A stretch of DNA of 64,000 nucleotides from Nitrospirota bacterium (GTDB taxonomy: Bacteria > Nitrospirota > UBA9217): positions 352,001-416,000 of the forward strand of contig CAWJQQ010000002.1 of the NCBI GenBank assembly GCA_963845065.1, given 5' to 3'. Positions 9,839-19,808 of this stretch are shown here, in pieces. A model generated the notes under the pieces. It was not told the DNA's origin. It made no database searches and worked only from the letters and a program-made list of their open reading frames with translations. The translations under genes were made by a program, and so were the position numbers. Each line of letters starts with the position of its first letter. The first letter of the stretch is position 1.

Positions 9839-10771
9839 TTACTGCCCTTTCGCCTTCGTCTTCACCTTGCGGACGTAGGATGCAGCGCGCATGCCGGCAA
9901 CGGACCCTTCACCAGCAGCTGCGATGATCTGCATGCCGCCACAGGTACAGTCACCTGCAGCAAAAACGCCGTCGAGGTTCATCCGCTGGTGTTTGTCGAC
10001 AATCAGACAGCCGCGGTCATCGGTCAGGCCACCTGCCTTCAGGATAAGCTGTGAAATGGGTGTGGAGCCCATGGCGATGAATATGCCCTCAAGGACCAAC
10101 ACAGTCTCCGCACTATCGCGGCTGATCCGAAGTCCGGTGACCAGTTCATCGCCAACGACCGCGTGGATCTTTGAGACCGGCAGGATTTCTATGTTCGATT
10201 TGGATTTCAGCCTTTTCATGACGGCATTCACAATATCGAGGTCTCTGTGCGGGACCATGATCACTTTCTCAGCTAGGTCGGACAGGTGAAGCGCTTCTTC
10301 AGCCGCTTCATCGTCGGCGCCAACGACCGCCACGGTTCGTCCTTTAAAGAAGTTGCCATCGCAGGTCGCGCAATAGGATACCCCCTTGCCGAGGAACTCC
10401 TTGGCACCGGGCACTTCGAGTTTCTTCCTGGCCACTCCAATTGCGATGATCACAACGTGGGCTTCGTACGTCTCGTCACGCGTGCGTACCCGCTTTACTG
10501 CGGACTGCAGTTCCATGTCCACTACTTCTACGGGATAGACGATCGTCGCACCGAATTTTTCAGCCTGTTTTGCCATTATCTGAGTCAAATCCATGCCGTG
10601 GATGGTCTCATACCCTGGAAAATTTTCAATGTGAGCGATCTTGGCGGTATAGCCGCCGACAAAATCTTTTTCAAGCACGATGCATTTCTGGCCTGCTCTA
10701 CCGAGATAGATCGCCGCTGTCAGCCCTGCGGGGCCGGAACCGATAATGATTGCATCATAAAACTGTGACAT
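9839..10771 (-). CDS. trxB: Thioredoxin reductase-family flavoprotein with an atypical NADPH site
   Basis: GSGPAGLTAA FAD motif, GKGVSYCATCDG redox motif, GVFAAGD. Confidence 0.85.
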   Translation of the reverse strand: MSQFYDAIIIGSGPAGLTAAIYLGRAGQKCIVLEKDFVGGYTAKIAHIENFPGYETIHGMDLTQIMAKQAEKFGATIVYPVEVVDMELQSAVKRVRTRDETYEAHVVIIAIGVARKKLEVPGAKEFLGKGVSYCATCDGNFFKGRTVAVVGADDEAAEEALHLSDLAEKVIMVPHRDLDIVNAVMKRLKSKSNIEILPVSKIHAVVGDELVTGLRISRDSAETVLVLEGIFIAMGSTPISQLILKAGGLTDDRGCLIVDKHQRMNLDGVFAAGDCTCGGMQIIAAAGEGSVAGMRAASYVRKVKTKAKGQ

Positions 10772-10937
10772 GCAAATTCCTCCTTGATGTCGGTGAATAC
10801 TGCATTTTATCTGAGAGACGAAGACAAGTCAACTGCGTATCTGAGTTGTATCCAAGGCATACATTAAGCATTTGTTCTCTGCTTGCATCATGCAGCTCAA
10901 TTCTGGTAGTATGGCAGTAGATAGCATAGGGGGGGGC

Positions 10938-11111
10938 ATGACGCAGGAAAAAATAATTGAGGCGATTAGGTCCAGAACCGTGAGCAACCGGCTCAGCTGC
11001 GAAAAAGCACATGAGATCTCTGCTACGCTGGGCATCTCTCTACAGGAAATCGGCGTGCTATGCAACGAATTAAAAATAAAAATTTCATCCTGCCAGCTTG
11101 GCTGCTTTTAA
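10938..11111 (+). CDS. Small conserved Cys-containing protein (C..A..IA..CQLGCF type)
   Basis: G-rich RBS before ATG 10938; LSCEKAHEIS..IGVLCNELKIKISSCQLGCF resembles a small family common in anaerobes. Confidence 0.75.
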   Translation: MTQEKIIEAIRSRTVSNRLSCEKAHEISATLGISLQEIGVLCNELKIKISSCQLGCF

Positions 11112-11220
11112 CTTTGGCCTCGGACGAGTCTCTTGAGTATCGACACAGACAAGTGGCTTAGATTCTGATGCTCGATGGTAAATTCTCTCGCTAGTTGCAA
11201 GGGGTTAGCTATGTTGCGGG

Positions 11221-12417
11221 TCAGGGGATATGGGTAGGGCCTGTGGAACTCTGGTCAGCCCTCATGCCGGGCATGGTTAACGTATCGCAGTAACAGGTCA
11301 CTCTGTTCTTGCCTAATGATTTAGATCGATAGAGAGCGATATCGGCTTCGTGGATCAGTTCTGAGACCGGCTTCATCGATTCCACATCCATGGTAGCGAC
11401 GCCGAGACTGACTGTCACTTTTTCATTCGGGTGGGCGGCCTTTACAGTAAACGGGTATTCATCCACGGATTTGCGTACGCGTTCTGCGACTGCCATGGCT
11501 TCCTCGATATCGGTCTCCGCGAGCAGGACAGAAAATTCTTCACCACCGTACCGAAAGCAAGTATCCGTGCTGCCGGTCCTACACGCCGCTTTCAGCAGCG
11601 GGCCCATCTGCGCGATCAGTCTGCTTCCTTCGAGGTGCCCATAGCTGTCATTGATCCGTTTGAAATCGTCGATATCTATCATGATGAACGAAAACTCCCG
11701 GCCGGTGCGAAGCTTCCTGCGCACCTCTTCGTCAAGTTTTTCGATTAGAACACGGTAATTCAGCATTCCCGTCAATTCATCCACCCGTGAAAGTTCAAGC
11801 GTCTTACGAAAGAGCTCTGCTTTCTCCAACCCGGCCGAGATGAGGTGGGATAAGGTCCTGAGGAGGTCGAAATCCTCGACCCGGAATGCCGACGTTTTAC
11901 CGTGGCTGAATCCCATGACACCGACTATGCGATTTTCATTCTTGAGCGGAATGCCTATATAACTGCCGTAGTCCTTTTGCTCATCGGGGTGGTGCAGAAA
12001 ACCATCAAATAGAGCAGTGTCATCCAGAAATAGCGGTTCGCCGCTGGCGGCAATGGTGCCCGGCGCCCCATTATCGAAGAAGATGGGCTCAGCCATTTTT
12101 GACTGTAATAGAGGATTATGCAGAAGGATTGGTTCCAGTCCCGTCAGGTCCTTTTTCACCATGTATACGGAAGCGTCCTCAAAAACGACGGTTTTGCCGA
12201 TGGTGGCAATTATTTTTTGGATCAGTTCAGTCGGTTCGAGTTCCGATGCGATGATTTTTCCGACCTCATAAAAAAGGTGGGTCTCCGTCAGCTTTCGGAA
12301 GAATAGGGTCTTGAAATCACGTGCACTGGCGGCAGCCGGCTCTCTCAGTTTTTTCAAGGTTTTTTTAACTTTTGACATCACCCACCTGTCCAGGGCACGA
12401 AATGGATAATCCGACAA
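11221..12417 (-). CDS. GAF-domain diguanylate cyclase (start uncertain)
   Basis: GAF (SYIGIPL..IVGVM), DELTG, DIDDFKRINDSYGH, RYGGEEF. Confidence 0.9.
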   Translation of the reverse strand: MSDYPFRALDRWVMSKVKKTLKKLREPAAASARDFKTLFFRKLTETHLFYEVGKIIASELEPTELIQKIIATIGKTVVFEDASVYMVKKDLTGLEPILLHNPLLQSKMAEPIFFDNGAPGTIAASGEPLFLDDTALFDGFLHHPDEQKDYGSYIGIPLKNENRIVGVMGFSHGKTSAFRVEDFDLLRTLSHLISAGLEKAELFRKTLELSRVDELTGMLNYRVLIEKLDEEVRRKLRTGREFSFIMIDIDDFKRINDSYGHLEGSRLIAQMGPLLKAACRTGSTDTCFRYGGEEFSVLLAETDIEEAMAVAERVRKSVDEYPFTVKAAHPNEKVTVSLGVATMDVESMKPVSELIHEADIALYRSKSLGKNRVTCYCDTLTMPGMRADQSSTGPTHIP

Positions 12418-12668
12418 AAAAAGTATACCACATTTTTATTTTTTAAACCACAATTAATTTTCACTTTTTGTAGGAAAATTTTCTGCATAAAAAGTTGCAC
12501 TTTGTCGCCCCACGGAAGATAGCCGTATTTCTTTTTGGCTATGCTTAACATGTTCCCCTAGTAGTCGACAAAATCAGGTGCAGACGCATCTCATATGCCC
12601 TAATTCCGTGATAAAATATTTTATCCTAAAGGACGAGGCCCGCGGCCCGAGCTTTGGCTACTAAACCA

Positions 12669-15269
12669 TTACAATACTCGTAATGTTTGGACGTCCGTTT
12701 TGAACACAAGATGCCTGTTAGCGCGGTCGATAACGACCCGCGTTCCTTCCTTTACTTCCCCGGAAAGGATCTTCGAGGCAAGCGAATTCAAAATTTCCCG
12801 CTGGATCACCCGCTTGAGCGGTCGCGCTCCGTAAATGAGGTCGAATCCTTCTTCCGCCATCAGCTCTTTCGCACCTTCGCTAAGTTCGATCTCGATTTTC
12901 TTGTCCGCCAACCTCTTCTGGACCTGACTAACCTGGATCTCAACGATCTTTTTCAGTATGTCGGCATCGAGCGGATGGAAGATGATAGTATCATCGACGC
13001 GGTTCAGGAATTCAGGCCGGAAGTGCTGCCGCATTGCCTCCGTCACCCGTCTCCGCATCTCGTCTTCGTCATTCTGGAGGTCCTGAATATACTGGCTCCC
13101 TATGTTCGACGTCATGATCACCACAGTGTTCTTAAAATCCACGGTCCGTCCCTGGCCATCGGTAAGCCTGCCGTCGTCAAGGAGCTGCAGCAATACGTTA
13201 AACACCTCGGGATGCGCTTTCTCGATCTCGTCAAAGAGGATAACAGCATAGGGTCTGCGACGTACCGCTTCAGTAAGCTGTCCCCCTTCCTCATAGCCGA
13301 CGTATCCAGGAGGAGCACCGATCAGGCGGGAAACTGTATGTCGTTCCTGGTATTCGGACATGTCAATGCGGACCATGGCCTGCTCGTCGTCGAACAGAAA
13401 CTCGGCAAGCGCCCGCGCGAGCTCGGTTTTACCCACTCCCGTGGGCCCCATGAAGATAAAGCTACCGATCGGCCGGTTCGGGTCCTGGATCCCTGCGCGG
13501 GCACGGCGCACTGCATCCGACACGGCAATGATCGCGTCGTCCTGGCCGATAACACGCTTGCGTAGGCGGTCCTCCATATGCAGGAGCTTCTGCATTTCGC
13601 CCTCAAGCATCTTGCTCACCGGAATGCCGGTCCACTTGGACACAATCTCTGCCACGTCCTCTTCGTCTACTTCTTCCTTCAGAATCTTTGTCTCAGCCTG
13701 AATAGCACGCAGTTTGGAAGATTCTGCCTCGAGTTGTTTCTGCAGTTCAAGCAGCTTGCCGTAACGCAATTCCGCCGCGCGTCCGAGACTTCCTTCCCGT
13801 TCGGCCTTCTCAGCCTCGAGCTTAGCTTTTTCAATCTGTTCCTTGATGCCTCGTATTTTCTGGATGCTCTCTTTTTCCGATTGCCACTGAACCATGAGTC
13901 CGCTTCTCTTTTCACCACTTTCTGCGATTTCTTTCTCTATCTTCGCGAGCCGCTCGAGCGAGGCCGGATCCTGCTCTTTTTTTACGGCTTCACGTTCAAT
14001 CTCGAGCTGCCGTATCCTGCGCTCAACCTCATCGAGTTCTGTCGGCATGCTGTCTATTTCCATGCGGAGGCGCGAGGCTGCTTCATCGATCAGATCGATG
14101 GCCTTGTCGGGAAGAAAGCGGTCGGCAATGTAGCGGTGTGAAAGGACCGCCGCGCTCACTAGAGCGGCATCCTTGATCTTGACGCCGTGGTGGACCTCGT
14201 AGCGTTCCTTGAGGCCGCGGAGGATAGATATCGAGTCCTCTACAGATGGTTCGCGCACCAATACGGGCTGGAATCGCCGTGCGAGTGCTGGGTCTTTTTC
14301 AATGTGTTTACGGTATTCGTTCAAGGTCGTAGCGCCTACGCATCGCAAATCGCCGCGGGCAAGGGCCGGTTTCAGCATGTTCGAGGCATCCATGGCGCCT
14401 TCTGCTGCCCCTGCGCCCACAACGGTATGGAGCTCATCAATGAATAAAATTACGGCGCCGCTCGCTTCGGTCACTTCTTTAAGAACTGCTTTGAGCCTAT
14501 CCTCAAATTCGCCTCGGTATTTCGCGCCGGCAATGAGGGCACCCATGTCGAGCGCAATAACGCGTTTGTCCTTGAGCCCCTCAGGCACATCACCGGAGAC
14601 GATCCTCTGCGCGAGCCCCTCGGCGATTGCCGTCTTGCCTACGCCCGGCTCGCCGATTAGAACAGGGTTGTTCTTAGTCCTGCGGGAAAGCACCTGGACC
14701 ACGCGCCGGATCTCTTCGTCCCTGCCGATCACGGGATCGAGCTTACCGCGCCGGGCCAACTCGGTCAGGTCCCGACCATAACGGGCCAGCGCTTGATACT
14801 TGTCTTCTGGATTCTGATCCGTAACGCGCTGGCTGCCGCGGATATCGACGAGGGCCGTAAAAATCGCGTCTTTGGAAACCCCGTGTCTGGTAAGAATATC
14901 TCGAGCCGCACCGTCTCCATCGGCGGCCGCGATCAGGAGATGTTCGGTGCTCACATATTCGTCCTTCAGCCGCTCTGCTTCCTGCTCGGCTCGCTCGAAC
15001 AGTTTGCTGAGCCGTGGAGAGAGATAGGTCTGCACCAGCCCTTCGACTTTTGGAAGCCTGTTTAATACATCCTCAATGTCCCCCTCGATCCTCCCTGGGT
15101 CTGCACCTAGTTTTTTGAGTAGGGGCGGCACGACCCCATCAGTCTGCTCAAGCAGCGCGAGCAGAAGATGTTCTGTTTCAATGTACTGATGGTGCCGTTT
15201 CGCCGCGCTATCTTGTGCTGTTTGCAGCGCCTCTGACGCTTTCAATGTTAACTTATCGAACCGTGCCAT
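12669..15269 (-). CDS. clpB: ATP-dependent chaperone ClpB
   Basis: Two AAA+ modules ([16 protein letters not shown]) and a long coiled-coil middle domain; GGAGG RBS before ATG 15269. Confidence 0.97.
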   Translation of the reverse strand: MARFDKLTLKASEALQTAQDSAAKRHHQYIETEHLLLALLEQTDGVVPPLLKKLGADPGRIEGDIEDVLNRLPKVEGLVQTYLSPRLSKLFERAEQEAERLKDEYVSTEHLLIAAADGDGAARDILTRHGVSKDAIFTALVDIRGSQRVTDQNPEDKYQALARYGRDLTELARRGKLDPVIGRDEEIRRVVQVLSRRTKNNPVLIGEPGVGKTAIAEGLAQRIVSGDVPEGLKDKRVIALDMGALIAGAKYRGEFEDRLKAVLKEVTEASGAVILFIDELHTVVGAGAAEGAMDASNMLKPALARGDLRCVGATTLNEYRKHIEKDPALARRFQPVLVREPSVEDSISILRGLKERYEVHHGVKIKDAALVSAAVLSHRYIADRFLPDKAIDLIDEAASRLRMEIDSMPTELDEVERRIRQLEIEREAVKKEQDPASLERLAKIEKEIAESGEKRSGLMVQWQSEKESIQKIRGIKEQIEKAKLEAEKAEREGSLGRAAELRYGKLLELQKQLEAESSKLRAIQAETKILKEEVDEEDVAEIVSKWTGIPVSKMLEGEMQKLLHMEDRLRKRVIGQDDAIIAVSDAVRRARAGIQDPNRPIGSFIFMGPTGVGKTELARALAEFLFDDEQAMVRIDMSEYQERHTVSRLIGAPPGYVGYEEGGQLTEAVRRRPYAVILFDEIEKAHPEVFNVLLQLLDDGRLTDGQGRTVDFKNTVVIMTSNIGSQYIQDLQNDEDEMRRRVTEAMRQHFRPEFLNRVDDTIIFHPLDADILKKIVEIQVSQVQKRLADKKIEIELSEGAKELMAEEGFDLIYGARPLKRVIQREILNSLASKILSGEVKEGTRVVIDRANRHLVFKTDVQTLRVL

Positions 15270-15393
15270 ACATCCCTCCAACCATGTGCAGACGTAATAC
15301 CACCACGCCGCACGTCATTGCGGTAATCCTCCCTCGCGTACCAAGCATCCCCTTGCCATCCATTGTTCGACGATGCGGTCGGCTGAGTGCGTA

Positions 15394-15768
15394 TCACTCT
15401 CTTCTCACAACAATTCTTCTCACTGGCACGAGGGCATTCCGCAGATCTTCCCTGCGCCTGATCTCACGGGAAAGTTCCTCGCGGAGCTGGAGAATGGCAT
15501 CTTCCATCTCCCGCTGCATCTGCTCCATTCTCTCACGCATCGAGAGAATAACCTCCACACCGGCAAGATTCACGCCGAGTTCCCGTGTGAGCCGCAGGAT
15601 CATTTCAAGTTTTTCAACGTCCTCCTCGGAATAAAGCCGCGTGTTCCCGTCGCTCCGCTTTGGTTTGATAAATCCCTCGCGCTCGTAGAGTCTGAGGGTC
15701 TGGGGGTGGATTCCCAGCATCTCCGATACGACGCTGATCATGAATAGTCGGTGCTCATGCGATGCCAT
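15394..15768 (-). CDS. hspR: MerR-family heat-shock repressor HspR
   Basis: ISVVSEMLGIHPQTLRLYEREG..RLYS..LTRELGVNLAGVEVIL; lies between dnaJ and clpB. Confidence 0.88.
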   Translation of the reverse strand: MASHEHRLFMISVVSEMLGIHPQTLRLYEREGFIKPKRSDGNTRLYSEEDVEKLEMILRLTRELGVNLAGVEVILSMRERMEQMQREMEDAILQLREELSREIRRREDLRNALVPVRRIVVRRE

Positions 15769-15859
15769 AGCTCACTCCGTCTAAATGGCGCTTCATGGAT
15801 CACCCTTTTCTGCATCCTCTCCCCAGTGATGAGAGGATTGGTGAAGGGGGACACCTCTC

Positions 15860-16993
15860 TCAGTTTCTTTTTTTGAACCCCCTGAAGGTAATAGCGCTCC
15901 TCGGGTTCGAAGGGTGCAATCGGTCGAGCTCCCGAAGGAGTTCCTTGCCCCGCTCTGAAAGGTTTGTCGGCGTAACAACTTTGATCGTTACATAGTGGTC
16001 TCCTACACCTCCGCCTCCGAAATGGGGCACGCCTTTGCCTTTCAGTTTCATCTGCTGGCCTGTCTGCACTCCCTCCGGAAGGGACAGTGAGACAATTCCA
16101 TCAACCGTTGGGATCTCGATTTTTTCTCCCAGAGCAGCTTCCTTGACTGTAACACTTGCTTCCGAATGCAGATTATCGCCTTTCCGTTCAAAATAGGGGT
16201 GGGACCTCACCTTGGTCACAATATACACATCACCCGGAGGTCCGCCTTTTTCGCCGTGGCCACCCAAGCCTGCCATGCGTACCTTGGAGCCGTTGTCAAC
16301 GCCTGAGGGGATCTTAACACTGATCCGATCCGACTTGGAGGTAACTCCCCGGCCTGAGCAGTTTTTGCAAGGATTCGGATTGATTGTCCCTTCACCGCGG
16401 CAAGTAGGGCAAGGCTGTGCGACTTGCATGAATCCTCTGCCCTGCGAAATGCTCCCTGTTCCCATGCAGGTCGGACATGTACGACGAGAGGTCCCTGGTT
16501 GTGCACCTGAGCCGTTGCAGACCGCACACGTCACTTCACGCTGAAGGTCAACCTGCATGGTTTTACCGAGGATTGCATCCTCCAAGTCTACTTCTACCGT
16601 ATAAGTAGCATCTTCGCCTTTTGCAGGCCCCCGATGCCCTGCACGTTCACCGAAAAGATTGCTGAATATGTCCTCAAACCCGTAAACGCCGGAAGAGCTG
16701 GTGCCTCGCCCAAAACCTTCAAACCCCTGAGCTGAACCAGCACCCGGGCCATAGCTCTGGTCGAATGCAGCATGGCCGAATTGATCGTACTGCTGTTTCT
16801 TTTTAGCATCGGAGAGTACCTCATAAGCTTCATTGATTTCCTTAAACTTCTGCTCGGAAGCCTTATCGCCAGGGTTGACATCAGGGTGGTATTTTCTCGC
16901 GAGTTTCCTGAATGCTTTTTTTACTTCAGACTCAGAGGCACTTTTTTTTATGCCCAGAAGCTCGTAATAGTCTTTTTTTGTTGTTGGTCCCAT
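15860..16993 (-). CDS. dnaJ: Chaperone DnaJ
   Basis: J-domain with HPD, G/F region, four CxxCxGxG repeats. Confidence 0.95.
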   Translation of the reverse strand: MGPTTKKDYYELLGIKKSASESEVKKAFRKLARKYHPDVNPGDKASEQKFKEINEAYEVLSDAKKKQQYDQFGHAAFDQSYGPGAGSAQGFEGFGRGTSSSGVYGFEDIFSNLFGERAGHRGPAKGEDATYTVEVDLEDAILGKTMQVDLQREVTCAVCNGSGAQPGTSRRTCPTCMGTGSISQGRGFMQVAQPCPTCRGEGTINPNPCKNCSGRGVTSKSDRISVKIPSGVDNGSKVRMAGLGGHGEKGGPPGDVYIVTKVRSHPYFERKGDNLHSEASVTVKEAALGEKIEIPTVDGIVSLSLPEGVQTGQQMKLKGKGVPHFGGGGVGDHYVTIKVVTPTNLSERGKELLRELDRLHPSNPRSAITFRGFKKRN

Positions 16994-17030
16994 AGTATTT
17001 ATATACCCCTAATGATATTATAATGAAGTT

Positions 17031-17060
17031 ATTATAAAATATGAGTGCATCATTGTCAAG
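17031..17060 (-). promoter_or_regulatory. Consensus sigma70 promoter overlapped by a HAIR-like HspR operator
   Basis: Minus strand TTGACA(17059-54)-17 nt-TATAAT(17036-31); plus strand TATGAGT-N7-TGTCAAG (17040-17060) versus HAIR CTTGAGT-N7-ACTCAAG. Confidence 0.8.
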
Positions 17061-17203
17061 TAAAGCGGAAAAAAATATGGTAGTTATTTAACTACCATAC
17101 ACTTACTAACGTAAAAGGTTTATAAAACGAATACAATTCCCACTCAAATACATGTTTTCACGTTTTATTTGCTTATAAGTACCACTTATTATAATAATAT
17201 ACT

Positions 17204-17887
17204 TTAATTTAGTAAATGGTCATAAACTCTTTTTGCCATTTTTCCTACTTCCAAATCCTCAAAATCATTAGTTCTATAGACCCAGGCCACAGTCTCATCA
17301 TTTATTAGGTTCTCGACCTGACTGATTACTTCTTTCAGTGCAACCGGACTAAATCGTTCTTTCAATATATAAACGAGCTCAAGAGCATAAATTTTGGCAA
17401 GCGGGTCACATTCAATAAGTCCGCAAATCACCAGTCTCTCGAACGGGATGACCGACTCGGGTTGGGTCTCCGAGATCCGTTTTAGTGCATAAAGAACACC
17501 GGGTCTGAAAACCTGTTCGTCAATTGTGAAGATATCCGCAATTAAAGGAATGACATCCGACATTTTCCCCGGATCAGCGCTGACAATTTCTCCCAGAATC
17601 TCGGGAGCCGACCATCCAATGCCACCAGATTCATCTGACAGGGACCATAACAGTTTCCGAATGGCATCTCGAAGGAAAGCATAGTTGTTCTTTATATACA
17701 GCGAGGCAACGTGACCAATCGCCCTAATGGACCGCCAGCCAATTAGCGTAGTCTTATCATACGCAAGCCGCACCAGCACACTGAAAACATTCCTGCTCTG
17801 CAATGCTAACGTCCTGACAGTTTCGTAATCATTCGCTTCTAGAGCATTTATAACCGTCTGCTTTAATTCCAACTGGGTAAGCATCAT
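17204..17887 (-). CDS. DVU0298-like HEAT-repeat protein
   Basis: Signature RKLLWSLSDESGGIGWSAPEILGEI. Confidence 0.75.
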   Translation of the reverse strand: MMLTQLELKQTVINALEANDYETVRTLALQSRNVFSVLVRLAYDKTTLIGWRSIRAIGHVASLYIKNNYAFLRDAIRKLLWSLSDESGGIGWSAPEILGEIVSADPGKMSDVIPLIADIFTIDEQVFRPGVLYALKRISETQPESVIPFERLVICGLIECDPLAKIYALELVYILKERFSPVALKEVISQVENLINDETVAWVYRTNDFEDLEVGKMAKRVYDHLLN

Positions 17888-17898
17888 TCACATATGAC

Positions 17899-18405
17899 CT
17901 ATATACGGACCTCTTTAAATGTGATCAACTCCGACAGTGTTGTGGCCAACCACGCCACGAGTTGAACTGTAATGGGCAGCACTAAGCTCGAGAATATTGC
18001 CATGGTAGCCCGTTTCTTCTTGGTCTTCTGTTCCTGCAACACAGGCTCCTTAGCCGTAGTCAAAGCATAATTCAACAGCATGGCAAGGGGCAGATAGGCT
18101 AGTACTCGAAGATAGTATTTCGTCTGGAATACGACTAAAATAGCAATGAGAAGAATCACCTCAATAAACGTGATAAGAGCAGTTCTTTTCATCGAAAGCT
18201 TCCATATTTTTTTCGATAGGATATATTTTACGGCCAGCGTCGCGCCAATGGCGATCATAAACATAGTCGAGACAAATACGAACGTGCAGAAACATCCGAC
18301 TTCCACGGCGCTTGCCGATGGCGGATAAGCCAGGAGTCCCGCTATCAACCCTGCAATGAAAAAAGATAAAGTCAACCCTTCCTTAAACTTCCCCTGTACA
18401 TCCAT
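17899..18405 (-). CDS. Hypothetical membrane protein
   Basis: About five hydrophobic segments; GGAGAGG RBS before ATG 18405. Confidence 0.7.
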   Translation of the reverse strand: MDVQGKFKEGLTLSFFIAGLIAGLLAYPPSASAVEVGCFCTFVFVSTMFMIAIGATLAVKYILSKKIWKLSMKRTALITFIEVILLIAILVVFQTKYYLRVLAYLPLAMLLNYALTTAKEPVLQEQKTKKKRATMAIFSSLVLPITVQLVAWLATTLSELITFKEVRI

Positions 18406-18701
18406 ACGGTCCTCTCCTTTAAAAAGGGCCCCTCTCCCCTTTTGATGCGCATACCTGCGGAACTGAGCTTTTCCCGCTGGCAGCAATCCGATATGAGTGC
18501 AGCCCCTTTTTTTGACCGGTGTGCCGCATGCGTGGTTTTGATCAACAGGGTCTTGAGCAAACCTCTCTTCTCAGAATATTAATAAATGTAGTTCTTATTG
18601 TCAAAGAAATTCGCAATATTTTGATATATTAATTGAAGATTATTGATACATCGCAGTGCGAACATATCGATATGTGTGAATTATTGTTATACTTTGGACA
18701 A

Positions 18702-18971
18702 GTCAACTACCCATGGATAATTCCAGGGTTTTGTAACTACGCTCCGCCGCAGTTCCGTCGAATGGATCGGCGAGTCCGGCGAACCCACACGACACAAAGG
18801 AGAAACGAGGAGTGAGAATCAATGTTTGCTTTTTCGTAGGATAGAGATATTATTAGTTATTATTTTCAACATTGCAATACTGTAAAAGCCAGCACGTGGT
18901 TCACATCTTGTCACAAATGTCGCCTTTCATCCAATTCCTTACGGAAGGCGAATTCCCGGCGAGAAGTTAAA
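18702..18971 (-). mobile_element. Degenerate IS200/IS605 mini-element
   Basis: Plus strand begins GTCAACTACCC(atggataattcca)GGG and ends ctttcatcc..aattcccggcgagaagttaaa, matching the end architecture of the other mini-elements. Confidence 0.5.
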
Positions 18972-19287
18972 CATATGACAATATCACATGCCAGGATACT
19001 ATTCATCCCTGAATCCAAAATCCTGAGTATTGTTGAATTTTCTGCTCATGTGATTACCATGGTGCAGGCGATACGATTTTGCCGACAACGAGAGCATCTG
19101 TCAAGTCTTCATCAAGATCGTTAGTAATAATTTGACGCTCTCCCACTGCTAATAGAGGAATTCCCGCGCTTTCTCCCTAACATGGCCATGGGAGAAGGTT
19201 TCTGGTATTCTTTCACAAAAATTCCTTTCCTCCGAAACTTTACGTTTCACGCCTCTTCACGATTAATTTCTTTCATAAGGAGCGTTC

Positions 19288-19476
19288 ATGAAACACTATC
19301 AATTCGCTGTTGTTATCATCGGAGGCGGCCCTGCCCGTGTAACCGCAGCAGGATCGCTTGCAGGAGCCGGCATAACTGTCGCATTAGTTGAAGCCGGTGT
19401 GTACGCTGCGACCGAGAACTGGTCCGGTTGCGTTTACTTCACGAAAAACTTGGATAAATTCCAGGATGAAAAATAG
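19288..19476 (+). pseudogene. N-terminal fragment of a FixC/ETF-QO-like FAD oxidoreductase
   Basis: AAGGAG RBS; VVIIGGGPAR..VALVEAG..ENWSGCVY Rossmann start with a broken GxGxAG, truncated at 62 aa. Confidence 0.65.
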
Positions 19477-19485
19477 GAGGTTGGG

Positions 19486-19653
19486 CTACGCCCGGTTGCA
19501 AGGCCTGCGAGAGATAGTCTCCCACATTTCCTCGTCCACCTCGTTGATATACTCTTTGATCGAAAAAACTTTGCCGCACGACGTGCAGCGGAAGGTGACC
19601 GTTTTTCAGCCGATGCGAAGTTCAACTGCTTTACCGCAGATCTTACACTTCAT
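19486..19653 (-). CDS. Small dual-CxxC candidate selenoprotein (55 aa, UGA at codon 16)
   Basis: MKCKICGKAVELRIG-U-KTVTFRCTSCGKVFSIKEYINEVDEEMWETISRRPCNRA*; GAGG RBS; in-frame TGA at 19608-19606 followed by a SECIS-like hairpin. Confidence 0.85.
19573..19589 (-). promoter_or_regulatory. Putative bacterial SECIS hairpin
   Basis: GCUGCAC-GUC-GUGCGGC, a 7-bp stem with G first in the apical loop, starting 16 nt after the UGA. Confidence 0.65.
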
Positions 19654-19808
19654 CAATAAACCTCACTGTCAAAATGCCCAGAGAAACAGTAAGCGAGGAG
19701 AATAATCAACTCACAGCCATTTAAGGATGTTCTCCGCATCCATGGACCTCGCCTCACAGACCACTCCAAGTGGTTAATGCCAGGGACATCTTGCTGATAT
19801 AACAGTAA

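Noticed and set aside
12687..15065. Long plus-strand ORFs (up to 292 aa) over clpB, and similar ones over ftsH, moeA and the RND gene
   Set aside because: Antisense-frame artefacts of codon bias with no recognisable motifs.
18702..18830. HEARO/IscB omegaRNA, suggested by the GTCAACTACCC start
   Set aside because: No IscB/HNH ORF follows; it is better explained as a generic IS200/IS605 end.
19388..19705. Track ORFs 19388-19705(+) and 19434-19625(-)
   Set aside because: They overlap the better-supported UGA-containing CxxC gene and lack an RBS and motifs.
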